DNA of 64,000 nucleotides from positions 32,001 through 96,000 of the IMG/VR virus record IMGVR_UViG_3300030202_003282. One strand, given 5' to 3'. The DNA comes from a virus. The notes under the pieces were generated by a model that saw only the letters and a program-made list of their open reading frames with translations, was not told the DNA's origin and searched no databases. Positions within the stretch are counted from its first letter, which is position 1, and each line of letters opens with the position of its first letter. The translations under genes and the position numbers were made by a program. Shown here in pieces: positions 36,187 to 44,837 of the stretch.

Positions 36187-36591
36187 ATGGCAGTCCCAGC
36201 TTTTGTAACTAAAATATTTGGTGGCTTATTTGGTAAAGCAGATAAGATCATAGATGAGATTGTAACTTCTAAAGAGGAAAAAATGACTCTTAAGAATGCA
36301 TTACAACAAATGCTTATTGACAGTGAGGCAGAGCTTCAAAAAAATGTAACAGAAAGATGGAAAGCTGATATGTCTTCTGATTCTTGGTTAAGTAAAAATG
36401 TTAGACCTATGGTTTTAATATTTTTAGTTCTTTCTACAGTAATAATGATTTTTATTGATGCTGGTTGGATTGAATTTGATGTTGAGCAAAAATGGACAAG
36501 CTTATTAGAATTAGTCCTTATTACAGTTATTGGTGCCTATTTTGGTGGCAGATCTGTTGAAAAAGTAAAAAATACTAATAGAAAAAAATAA
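36187..36591 (+). CDS. 3TM-type holin (GTA holin family-like)
   Basis: RWKADMSSDSWLSKNVRP followed by a TM, then a second TM ending GAYFGGRSVEK, is the characteristic signature of this family. Confidence 0.8.
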   Translation: MAVPAFVTKIFGGLFGKADKIIDEIVTSKEEKMTLKNALQQMLIDSEAELQKNVTERWKADMSSDSWLSKNVRPMVLIFLVLSTVIMIFIDAGWIEFDVEQKWTSLLELVLITVIGAYFGGRSVEKVKNTNRKK

Positions 36592-36755
36592 TGAGTTCAG
36601 AAACTTCAGGTTGGGATGCTTCATTAGTATTACATTGGCCTCATGATAGATTTGCTTTAGGTTGGGAATATATTGGACCAACAAGACAGTTTCCTGCTAC
36701 AACAATTAGTATTTTTTTGTTTGTAGCAACAATCAATATAAATATTTATAAGTAA
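36591..36755 (+). CDS. Small hypothetical protein (54 aa; not in ORF track)
   Basis: Hand translation gives MSSETSGWDASLVLHWPHDRFALGWEYIGPTRQFPATTISIFLFVATININIYK. It has a TAATG overlap with the holin stop. Confidence 0.6.
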   Translation: MSSETSGWDASLVLHWPHDRFALGWEYIGPTRQFPATTISIFLFVATININIYK

Positions 36756-36764
36756 CTTACAATC

Positions 36765-36857
36765 ATGAATGAAAAAGAACAATGGGTTTTCATCTATTGG
36801 GATGATTGGCGTCCAAAAGATAATGACACTGAGGAAAAACCTCAAGAACATAAATAA
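36765..36857 (+). CDS. Possible 30-aa peptide
   Basis: MNEKEQWVFIYWDDWRPKDNDTEEKPQEHK; the ATG lies shortly after the previous stop. Confidence 0.4.
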   Translation: MNEKEQWVFIYWDDWRPKDNDTEEKPQEHK

Positions 36858-36927
36858 AAGAAGTATGTGGTCCTGGCTTTAACAGTCTTGGCTTTTCACT
36901 CCCACACACTTTCTTTCACTCAACCAT

Positions 36928-37185
36928 CTATAGTTTACCCAACCTTTTCAGTTTACGATAAATTGAGATTGGTTGATATATTATACCAATTAAGAAACCA
37001 TATATTGCTATATAAGCTCCTATTAAAGGCCATATGGGCATATATCCATAATACCATTCATCCCATACAATTGGGGTGGCATAAATAACTTGTATTATTC
37101 CGTAGATAGTTGCTGGGATTTTCATCATTTGTGACCATCCTTGCTTTACGTGTTTAGTAAAAAACCATGTTAAGTATTCTTTCAT
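36928..37185 (-). CDS. Small membrane protein
   Basis: 85 aa with two TM-like segments; last gene of the minus-strand block. Confidence 0.6.
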   Translation of the reverse strand: MKEYLTWFFTKHVKQGWSQMMKIPATIYGIIQVIYATPIVWDEWYYGYMPIWPLIGAYIAIYGFLIGIIYQPISIYRKLKRLGKL

Positions 37186-37201
37186 GTTTGTTGATTTTGA
37201 T

Positions 37202-37750
37202 TTATAATCTTTTCAGTCTTATTTTAATATCATGAGGAGCTGTCTCATCTCCACCAAAATAAGGCCATAAAATATATTTATTATAATTAGTTCTAATTCC
37301 ACAATTACGAGGAACCATCTCACATGTATTGTTTACGCATAATACATAATACTCTGATTGTATATCAATACTACATATATAATTAACATTTGGTTTTATA
37401 TATGTTATAAACCCATATGTAAAAGCTTCATTTTCATGTTTAAACCATAAAAGTTGTAAACGATCATTATAATATCTCCATCCAAACCTTATAGAGTTAT
37501 CCATATGGTGTGATTTGCAATCACTAACTCCAAAAAGTTTATTTATATCAGCTTGATTTTCTTCAATTGTTGTTTTATAAATTGCAGAACTGTCAAACTT
37601 GACTTTAAATTCTAAATAGGTTGAGTTTGTTGATCTATATTTAAAAGTAGATCTGTGGGTGCCTTGATAAATGGTAAATATTTCCATACCTTCTTGGTCA
37701 ATTTTTTTACAACCAAAAAAAAGTAATAGAAATATAAACAGTTTTCTCAT
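37202..37750 (-). CDS. Putative lipoprotein with beta-sandwich-like body
   Basis: MRKLFIFLLLFFGC is a lipoprotein signal peptide pattern; the body is aromatic and beta-rich. Confidence 0.65.
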   Translation of the reverse strand: MRKLFIFLLLFFGCKKIDQEGMEIFTIYQGTHRSTFKYRSTNSTYLEFKVKFDSSAIYKTTIEENQADINKLFGVSDCKSHHMDNSIRFGWRYYNDRLQLLWFKHENEAFTYGFITYIKPNVNYICSIDIQSEYYVLCVNNTCEMVPRNCGIRTNYNKYILWPYFGGDETAPHDIKIRLKRL

Positions 37751-37941
37751 TTATTAATATCAATTGCTTTAATTTCACCTAATCTATACCATTCTCCTAA
37801 TTCTAAATCATCATGTGTTATAATTATTTCAATACCGTGTTTAGGGCTTTGTAGGTGATACATATTTACACGGACTTCTTGTATTACTTGATATTTCTTA
37901 CATCCAAAGAAAAAAAATGGTATTAAAAGTAAAAGCCTCAT
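37747..37941 (-). CDS. Putative small lipoprotein
   Basis: MRLLLLIPFFFFGCKK signal and an ATGA overlap with the next gene. Confidence 0.6.
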   Translation of the reverse strand: MRLLLLIPFFFFGCKKYQVIQEVRVNMYHLQSPKHGIEIIITHDDLELGEWYRLGEIKAIDINK

Positions 37942-37957
37942 ATTATAAAGATAATAA

Positions 37958-38038
37958 AAAAATTGACATTTAACAGAGGAAGGCAGGCCAGAAATGCAAA
38001 ACTAGCCTGATTGGTTCCTTCCGTTAAGATCAATTTTT
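37958..38038 (-). ncRNA. 81-nt interrupted rod-like hairpin (structured RNA or long terminator)
   Basis: Nested pairings AAAAATTGA/TCAATTTTT, TTAAC/GTTAA, GGAAGG/CCTTCC and CAGGCTAG/CTGGCCTG. The last stem has a G-U pair only on the minus strand. Confidence 0.55.
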
Positions 38039-38112
38039 GTCAAATGGATCTTTTCTGTTTATAATTAAATATAATACAGTAGATAAAATAAGTATCTTTA
38101 ATATTATAATTA

Positions 38113-38400
38113 TCATCTATGATAGAATATATTTTCTTTAAAATATACTCTTGGATAAAAATGCCTATCATCATCCCATTCTCTTTCTCCATCTTCAATT
38201 TCTTTTAAAGTAAGATAAACTGTTGCATGTTTTTGTTCATAAACAACAGCAGGAAAAAAAGAATTAATTTTATCATAATCTTCTGAATCTAAATACTGAG
38301 TATTTAATTGAAATGAAGTCTCATTAATTTGAGAAACTGAAAGATCATGACATTCTAATAAACTTTCTAAATTAGACAATTTAGTTTTAGCATTCATCAT
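38113..38400 (-). CDS. Hypothetical protein
   Basis: 95-aa ORF overlapping the upstream stop. Confidence 0.55.
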   Translation of the reverse strand: MMNAKTKLSNLESLLECHDLSVSQINETSFQLNTQYLDSEDYDKINSFFPAVVYEQKHATVYLTLKEIEDGEREWDDDRHFYPRVYFKENIFYHR

Positions 38401-39251
38401 ATTTTATAATTACCCATTGTAAAAAAATCTTGTGCTTCAATATCTGCTGCTGCATTTGTTGCTTCTTCAGGTATACTGCTAGGACTATCTGTGGGGTTAA
38501 TTCCCATACTTGATAATACATTAGATGTATAAAATTCATGAAACTTTTGCAAATCACTTAACCAACTAGTAGGATGAGATTTTTTTAAAGCATGTGTTAC
38601 ATGGTTATAAAATACCCATGCATTTTCTTGATCACATTGATAATCATAAGAAGGATCAGTCATTTCTTTTTTAACTGTAGAAAGATGACTTGTTTCAAGA
38701 ATATTTTCCTCAGCATACAAACGTCCTAATAATTCAGATTGTGTTTGCTTATCTAAAGTAATATTTTTCATATTTCTTTTATCATCCACAAGCCTCTTAT
38801 AGAATTTTTCAGCACTTTTGATTTGATTACTTATTTGCATTTTAGCATCAAAATTTGCACTTCCTGTATGTTTTCTTGCATATGACATCATATCTCCTGC
38901 ACACATGCCATTATTACATACTAAAACATATCCTCCAATTGCACATTGAAATCTTATTCTTTTATTGTAACTGTTTAGCCAAGCAAACATCATTCCCAAT
39001 TCAGTTTCTGAATTTAAATTAGGATCTAAATAATTATTCTTTGGTTTTATATAATAGATGCCTTGAGCAATTTGTGCTTCATCAGTACATCTATATTGCT
39101 CATCTGTAATTACAAACCCAGAAGCATTTAATAAATTTACGGTGTTATCTATAACTTCTCTATGAGGAATTACAGTATAACTTTTTTTATGATTTGGTGT
39201 TGCAGCATTAATAATATCATATTTATCTGCAAATTGAATTTTTTTTGGCAT
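38397..39251 (-). CDS. DUF932-like protein
   Basis: NSYN...GGYVLVCNNGM...RKHTG and AWVFYNHVT motifs are typical of DUF932/DUF945. Confidence 0.7.
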   Translation of the reverse strand: MPKKIQFADKYDIINAATPNHKKSYTVIPHREVIDNTVNLLNASGFVITDEQYRCTDEAQIAQGIYYIKPKNNYLDPNLNSETELGMMFAWLNSYNKRIRFQCAIGGYVLVCNNGMCAGDMMSYARKHTGSANFDAKMQISNQIKSAEKFYKRLVDDKRNMKNITLDKQTQSELLGRLYAEENILETSHLSTVKKEMTDPSYDYQCDQENAWVFYNHVTHALKKSHPTSWLSDLQKFHEFYTSNVLSSMGINPTDSPSSIPEEATNAAADIEAQDFFTMGNYKI

Positions 39252-39253
39252 AA

Positions 39254-39478
39254 TTAATCAATTAATTTATTAGTTAAAGGAATATCAGCTTTTCTTCTTT
39301 TAAGTTTAGCTTCTCTTGTTTTTTGTATAATGTATTCCCTAAAAGTTCTTTCATTAAACTTAGGGTTAACCTTTTTTAGCATTTTAGATAAGTTTGCTAA
39401 TAACTCATTTCTACATCCATCATTAACGACAGATATAGAAATGGCATCAGCAATTAAAATGAAATCTTTTTTAGTCAT
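39254..39478 (-). CDS. Hypothetical protein
   Basis: 74 aa; MTKKDFILIA...NPKFNERTF is a small phage protein pattern. Confidence 0.6.
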   Translation of the reverse strand: MTKKDFILIADAISISVVNDGCRNELLANLSKMLKKVNPKFNERTFREYIIQKTREAKLKRRKADIPLTNKLID

Positions 39479-39840
39479 TTTTTGTTAAGAATTTGTTTTT
39501 CTTCTTTAGAAATTTCATCCCAATTATATTTAGGAAGACTTTCTTCTTTAACAAATTGACCGTTGATCATTTTTCCTTTTCTTTTTGCTATTACTTTATA
39601 TGCTGATTCAAGACATTCTTCAAGAGATACTTTTTGCATTTTAGCTTGAATAATAAGAGTGACCATAATGTCACCCATAGCATCTATAATCTCTGCACGG
39701 TCATCACTATTGATAGCCGTGCAAAGCTCTGTTGTTTCTTCCAATGTTTTTAATGCTTGGGCCATTGGTGTAGCTTTTTCAAAGATACCTTTATCTTCTG
39801 CCCATTTTTCTACGGCACATTCTAATTCAAAATAATCCAT
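39475..39840 (-). CDS. mazG: MazG-like nucleotide pyrophosphohydrolase
   Basis: KTLEETTEL...DAMGDIMVTL...AYKVIAKRKGKMING. Confidence 0.85.
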   Translation of the reverse strand: MDYFELECAVEKWAEDKGIFEKATPMAQALKTLEETTELCTAINSDDRAEIIDAMGDIMVTLIIQAKMQKVSLEECLESAYKVIAKRKGKMINGQFVKEESLPKYNWDEISKEEKQILNKK

Positions 39841-39849
39841 TTTTTTAAT

Positions 39850-41841
39850 TTAAAATAATTGTAATTGATTTGCTGAAACTTGCAATATATTATTGATTTC
39901 TTTTTCTATAGCTTGTAAATAATAGCCATTATCAATATTATAATTTTCCCACTTGGGTTCAAGTTTCATATCATTATAGATATGTTGTAACCATTTTCCA
40001 GCTTCTAATTGTATTTCTCTTTTATCTTCTTTATTTACTTTAATAATTTTTACGCCAGATTTGGTGATATAATATCTATTGATTTTTTGCAATTCTTCTT
40101 CATTAAATTCACCATTTTTAATATACCTGGATACTTGTTTCCAATTACCTTTTGATTTACCTCCTATACAATAGTCAAGAATATTTTTATTTTTATTTAA
40201 ATATTCTTCTGGAAGTATATCATGAATAAAGTAATTGTAAATAGCTTTAGGTATAATTAATTTTGATTTATTTTTATGAAGAGCTAAATCATGAAAATCA
40301 AATCTACCTTTCATTTTAGCAGGTGCATAAAGAAATTTATTATTTACTATTTTAAATAAATAATGCGGGTTAGATTGTTTGATTTTTCTCCAAGTTGTAA
40401 TGTCCACCTCTTTAAAATTATTTAGACCAATGTAATTATTTACATCACCTAAAACTAATTTTTGGTATTCATCATGTTCTAAGTTCAAATCAGTTATATC
40501 TTCCCATTCTTTACATATTTCCATATACTGATCATAATATTCTCTAGGTATTCTAGTTTCAATACCATCAGTATTTTGTAATAACGCCACAGCTCCAGGT
40601 ATTCTTTCCATTATCATTTCATATAACATCATCAAACTAAGTTGACCATTTACAGTTATACGCATACATAATTCAGGATCATAAAAAAAGCTGTTTTCAT
40701 CATTACTTAAACCAAAAGTTGAATTAAGTATAATTTTATAAACATAATTCATAGGATTGCTCTTAGGAATTTTCTTTCTTTCTTTAAAGAACCATTCATA
40801 CTGATCACAAAATTCTTCTTTTGGAAAATGTGCTGGGGACCATTTATTTTTAATAGCTAGGTTTGGATAAAAACTAGTAACATCTGAAGACATAATCATA
40901 TGTTCATCATCAGATACATAAACCCCTTTTTTTCTAGCTCCATGAACACCACCTAAACCAAAATGTGTAGAAACATTTTTATAATCAATGTGATATTTAA
41001 ATTGACCTTTTAGTCTCATAGCATCTAATTCAACAGCTTTAAACCGGCTTAATAGATTCTGAAACTCCAAAGACTCAAACTTTATATAAGGAAGTATAAT
41101 ATCATTTAACTTAATAGTATCACGATAAGTTCTCATCTTTTTAATTTCACCTTTATAAATATTAAGTTTTTTACTTAAATAATAAGCAAATAACTCTTTA
41201 CTAATTCTAGGTTCAGATGCTGAGAATAAATTAATATTATACTGCTGCGTAAGATCTTTACGTAGTCCTATTTGTGATTTTGATCTATTATAGATTTCTT
41301 TAGTTGATTTTACGTCATTAATGCAATATCTAATTATAAGATCAATCTCCTCTTTAGAAGAAATATTAGTAGTATGCTCAATGGGCATGTCAATAATATT
41401 TTCCCAATCCATACTATATTGGATCCATTTAAGACTAGATCTTTTAGCGGGATTATCCCAATGATGCATTTTAAAAATATCAATTTGACCAATAGTTAAA
41501 TGCCATTGTGGATATACCTGCCATTGTTTACTTTTAGATCTATTGATACAATCTTGAGCCATTTGATAAATCCAGGCAGCTATTTCTTCTGGAGTTTGAG
41601 TTAATAAAAAATCTTTATTATTTAATATATGCTGAGTGATCTGTGCATCAAATGCTAATCCATTATAAGATATATGCCACTCTCTATTTTCAACGTTATT
41701 TTCTAAAAAACTTATGAATTCTTCTAAATCATTCTGTAAAGCATGTATAACAAAGATTTTTACCTCTTCTTTTTTATAATGTTCAAACACGCCTACAAAA
41801 CAATTAGATAAAGTTTCATAGTCCATTACATAGTGATTCAT
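39850..41841 (-). CDS. polB: Family B DNA polymerase
   Basis: ExoI DYET, ExoII YNGLAFD, ExoIII YCINDV, and polymerase motifs DVTSFYP, KIILNSTFG and NTDG. Confidence 0.92.
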   Translation of the reverse strand: MNHYVMDYETLSNCFVGVFEHYKKEEVKIFVIHALQNDLEEFISFLENNVENREWHISYNGLAFDAQITQHILNNKDFLLTQTPEEIAAWIYQMAQDCINRSKSKQWQVYPQWHLTIGQIDIFKMHHWDNPAKRSSLKWIQYSMDWENIIDMPIEHTTNISSKEEIDLIIRYCINDVKSTKEIYNRSKSQIGLRKDLTQQYNINLFSASEPRISKELFAYYLSKKLNIYKGEIKKMRTYRDTIKLNDIILPYIKFESLEFQNLLSRFKAVELDAMRLKGQFKYHIDYKNVSTHFGLGGVHGARKKGVYVSDDEHMIMSSDVTSFYPNLAIKNKWSPAHFPKEEFCDQYEWFFKERKKIPKSNPMNYVYKIILNSTFGLSNDENSFFYDPELCMRITVNGQLSLMMLYEMIMERIPGAVALLQNTDGIETRIPREYYDQYMEICKEWEDITDLNLEHDEYQKLVLGDVNNYIGLNNFKEVDITTWRKIKQSNPHYLFKIVNNKFLYAPAKMKGRFDFHDLALHKNKSKLIIPKAIYNYFIHDILPEEYLNKNKNILDYCIGGKSKGNWKQVSRYIKNGEFNEEELQKINRYYITKSGVKIIKVNKEDKREIQLEAGKWLQHIYNDMKLEPKWENYNIDNGYYLQAIEKEINNILQVSANQLQLF

Positions 41842-42182
41842 ATATTTTTAGAGTTTTTAATATCTGTTATTCTTTTTCTTAGTGCATGTTTAAACTGTGC
41901 ATTTAATTGCGGCAATTTAACATACCATTCTAAATAAGGTAGGTCCTTACATTCTTGTATAAGCTGATTTTTATATTTACCAAAAGTAAACTTTTTTACT
42001 TCAAATGTTCTAGTTTCAGTAATAGTAGAATATTTAAATTGAAATTTTCTTTTTCCTTTCATTACTAGTCTACTCTCATCAGCACTTTCTTTAATTTTTG
42101 TTACGGGAATTCCCAACATTTCACCGGCCAACTTCATTGATTCAAAATTTTGACGTGTGAAAATATCCATTACTGGTTTCAT
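41838..42182 (-). CDS. Small protein with NUMOD1-like HTH and FGKYK (ExoX C-terminal-like) domain
   Basis: FESMKLAGEMLGI pattern and FTFGKYKNQ...YLEW. Confidence 0.55.
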   Translation of the reverse strand: MKPVMDIFTRQNFESMKLAGEMLGIPVTKIKESADESRLVMKGKRKFQFKYSTITETRTFEVKKFTFGKYKNQLIQECKDLPYLEWYVKLPQLNAQFKHALRKRITDIKNSKNI

Positions 42183-42193
42183 AATTTAAAAAT

Positions 42194-42225
42194 AAAAAAA
42201 GGGATACAAATTAATGCATCCCTTT
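42194..42225 (-). terminator. Rho-independent terminator
   Basis: The minus strand reads GGGATGCA-TTAATT-TGTATCCC followed by a T7 run. Confidence 0.8.
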
Positions 42226-42254
42226 AATGATAAACATAAAAAGAACTTAACAAT

Positions 42255-42686
42255 TTAAGCGTTAGGTCCTAGAATAAGATTTGAAGGCTTTACATCTTTT
42301 GTTTCTACAAAATATTCATCAGTATCAAATTCTTTATAGTTAATAGCAAATAATGCTAAAAATGTTTGAATATCCTCTTTTTCAGTTAAATAAAATTCAG
42401 AAAAAGTATCTACAGATACTCTTTGCTCTTTAACTGTTTTTCCGGCTTCTTTGTTAGGTACTTTAAGCCTTTGAGGTTGTCCTTCTTCATTTAGTCTTGG
42501 GACCATATGAAAAGACTGTTTCATATTTTTTGTTATTACAGCAAGGATTGTTGTTGTAGGATCAAACATTGCTTCAACATATGGGCAGTCTAAAGTGACT
42601 GGTACTAGATTAAAAGTTTTGACATTTCTAAATGTCCCTGTAGTAAGGAGCATGTTAGCTCCAACGGTTGGTTTTGTATTTGCCAT
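42255..42686 (-). CDS. Hypothetical phage protein
   Basis: 143-aa ORF with its own promoter box upstream and a terminator downstream. Confidence 0.7.
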   Translation of the reverse strand: MANTKPTVGANMLLTTGTFRNVKTFNLVPVTLDCPYVEAMFDPTTTILAVITKNMKQSFHMVPRLNEEGQPQRLKVPNKEAGKTVKEQRVSVDTFSEFYLTEKEDIQTFLALFAINYKEFDTDEYFVETKDVKPSNLILGPNA

Positions 42687-43273
42687 TATTTATTTTTTTC
42701 CAAAGATACAGATTTATTTTTGATTTGCAAGTTTTCAGGTTCAGGATCTACTAAAGTTTCTTTATCTAAATCCGGTTTACTACACAGTTCATAAACATCT
42801 TGAATAGCTTCAATTTTTACACCTAAGTAATCAGCATATGTTCCGTGATATTCTTCTGGATTAATATAACTTTGTATATAATTAGATACTGTTCCAACTT
42901 CACCAAAAAAATTAGATATGATATCTTTAGTTTTTACACTAAATTTTGAATATTTACCTTTTCTAAATACTTCAAGATCTCTTTTAAAAGGACTAAAATC
43001 AAAAACATAAAGATGTGTTTCTTCATCTAATTGATAATAAGCTTCAAATAACTTATGAGATTTTAAGAATTTAAATTCAAAGTTTTTAAACTTTTCTATT
43101 TCCTCTGGATCTACAGAGTATAAACAAAGAAATTTGTTTTCTAAAGCATCATATACATTATTCCAAGCAATAAAAGTTTCAGAAGGGACATGTGTAATGC
43201 CTTTTCTAAGACTCAAAAGTGGATATAAAAACACTTTGCTTTTTTGAAAATAATCTGTATATATACTCTTCAT
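42686..43273 (-). CDS. Hypothetical phage protein
   Basis: 195-aa ORF in the operon, containing a GKYSKFS motif. Confidence 0.7.
   Translation of the reverse strand: MKSIYTDYFQKSKVFLYPLLSLRKGITHVPSETFIAWNNVYDALENKFLCLYSVDPEEIEKFKNFEFKFLKSHKLFEAYYQLDEETHLYVFDFSPFKRDLEVFRKGKYSKFSVKTKDIISNFFGEVGTVSNYIQSYINPEEYHGTYADYLGVKIEAIQDVYELCSKPDLDKETLVDPEPENLQIKNKSVSLEKNK
42701..42708 (-). promoter_or_regulatory. Bacteroidota -7 promoter box (TAnnTTTG)
   Basis: TATCTTTG on the minus strand, about 15 nt upstream of the ATG at 42686. Confidence 0.55.
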
Positions 43274-44257
43274 TTATAAAATAATTTTATTATTTAAAAA
43301 CTCATACGGTAATTCATATTTTTTTTCCGTGTAATGATAATTAACTTTTTCAAGACAATGTTCCATTTTACTAGCCCATCTTCTTAATGTTTCACCAGAC
43401 ACATCAAAAACATATACCTGGTTATATTTATCAATCACTACAAATTTAAATAATATTTTATAATCTGAGGCAGCCTCATCTAAATTATCTATCACTAGTT
43501 TAGTATAAACCGCTGCTTGTAAATCATAATTCCAATAATCTATTGCATCTGTAAAATCAGTAATAGTTTTACCAGTAGTTTTTAAATCAACTATGGTTAT
43601 TGTTTTTTGATCATGATTGATTTGATAATAATCAATTATGCCTTTTAAACCAAACTTATATGATTGTAATTCACTGGTTAATTTATTTTCTGCATATGCT
43701 TCAATAGGATCTAATTCAAAATCAGTTTGTGCTAAGTTAAATAAAGACATTACTTCTTCATTTGATTTAATAATCTCTACTCTTTCTTGACATCTAACCA
43801 ATGTATCTTGATCTATAACATCTTTTCCAGTAGTGCACATAAACTTATAATAATCCTCAGCATCAGTAGTTTTTACTTTAGCAACTCTTGATTGATCTGT
43901 TTTTAATGACTGATAAAGATTTGCTTCTTTTAATGAATCTAAAATCACAAAATCTTCTACGTCAGCTAAAACAGGAACATCTGTATGTAAAGTAACACTT
44001 TTAAGAACTTTTTTTATATTATCAGAAGGAACTTTACCTGGAACCATTGAAAATATATTATTTAAATTATTTGGTTCAAATAAAAGACAGTGAATTACAC
44101 GGCCTTCAATTAGATGTTTATCTGTTCTCTCCTCTCTATCTAAAAGAACATACTCCTTATAGAATAATTTAGGAGAAAATAACATTTTATTTATAGAAGA
44201 ATAACTAAAGCTAAACTTCTTGTTGTAAAAACTATTTTCTTTTTCTTTATTTATCAT
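43274..44257 (-). CDS. PD-(D/E)xK exonuclease (RecE/ExoVIII C-terminal-like)
   Basis: SYSSI, GRVIHCLL and KGIID...IVDLKTT...YDLQAAVY. Confidence 0.85.
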   Translation of the reverse strand: MINKEKENSFYNKKFSFSYSSINKMLFSPKLFYKEYVLLDREERTDKHLIEGRVIHCLLFEPNNLNNIFSMVPGKVPSDNIKKVLKSVTLHTDVPVLADVEDFVILDSLKEANLYQSLKTDQSRVAKVKTTDAEDYYKFMCTTGKDVIDQDTLVRCQERVEIIKSNEEVMSLFNLAQTDFELDPIEAYAENKLTSELQSYKFGLKGIIDYYQINHDQKTITIVDLKTTGKTITDFTDAIDYWNYDLQAAVYTKLVIDNLDEAASDYKILFKFVVIDKYNQVYVFDVSGETLRRWASKMEHCLEKVNYHYTEKKYELPYEFLNNKIIL

Positions 44258-44423
44258 TTTTCTTTTTTTCAGGTTTATAATTATATACTGCAGCTAATCT
44301 AGCAGGAATTACTTTTGTTGTATTACAATTTGTACAACATTTTCCGTCTGCAACTGGTGCTGCATTATGAGGATAAAGATCTTTTATCTCTTTCTCACAT
44401 ATAATACAAATTTCTTTACTCAT
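44247..44423 (-). CDS. Small zinc-finger protein (58 aa; not in ORF track)
   Basis: Hand translation gives MSKEICIICEKEIKDLYPHNAAPVADGKCCTNCNTTKVIPARL..., with CxxC...CxxC. It overlaps both neighbours. Confidence 0.7.
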   Translation of the reverse strand: MSKEICIICEKEIKDLYPHNAAPVADGKCCTNCNTTKVIPARLAAVYNYKPEKKKNDK

Positions 44424-44757
44424 CTTTTTTATTTTTTAATGAATCAAAAGCAGCATCATCAATTTCCCATCTAGTTAATTTAAAACTATACCCTACATTG
44501 GACAAAGCTTTATTAACCCAATAGCATATATGACCAGGTGGTTCACTATCAAGGATTTCTCCATACTTTTTATTTAATGAAGCTTTCATAACTTTTTTAC
44601 CTATATAATTATAAAGTTCTTTTTCAGATATTCTTTTTTTAGAATATACTTTTTTTACTGATGCTTTAATAATACTTCTTACTTTATTATCTCCTTCAAC
44701 AGTAAACATTTCAAACCCTTTTTTATCTAATCTTTCTAATAAATTTTCTTTACTCAT
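44416..44757 (-). CDS. Hypothetical protein (start corrected to ATG 44757)
   Basis: MSKENLLERL... The longer track start runs into a structured intergenic element. Confidence 0.6.
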   Translation of the reverse strand: MSKENLLERLDKKGFEMFTVEGDNKVRSIIKASVKKVYSKKRISEKELYNYIGKKVMKASLNKKYGEILDSEPPGHICYWVNKALSNVGYSFKLTRWEIDDAAFDSLKNKKDE

Positions 44758-44771
44758 ATTTTTTATATTAA

Positions 44772-44834
44772 AGAGGTGAGGGCTGTGCACTAAAAAGTAC
44801 ACAACCCACAATCAATTATGGCAATTGAACCTCT
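44772..44834 (-). ncRNA. Three-way-junction structured RNA candidate
   Basis: P1 AGAGGT/ACCTCT, P2 TCAATT-GCCAT-AATTGA and P3 GGGTTGTGTACT-TTTT-AGTGCACAGCCC (two G-U pairs on the minus strand). Confidence 0.5.
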
Positions 44835-44837
44835 AAA

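Noticed and set aside
32184-36857. Complete lysis cassette
   Set aside because: A holin is recognisable, but no endolysin catalytic motif was found in this window.
36657-37088. Track ORFs 36657-36851 (-) and 36867-37088 (+)
   Set aside because: They overlap better-supported ORFs on the opposite strand (36591-36755, 36765-36857, 36928-37185).
29917-41841. Inteins or introns in nrdJ or polB
   Set aside because: Both ORFs are uninterrupted and of compact size, with no intein splice motifs or homing endonuclease inserts recognised.
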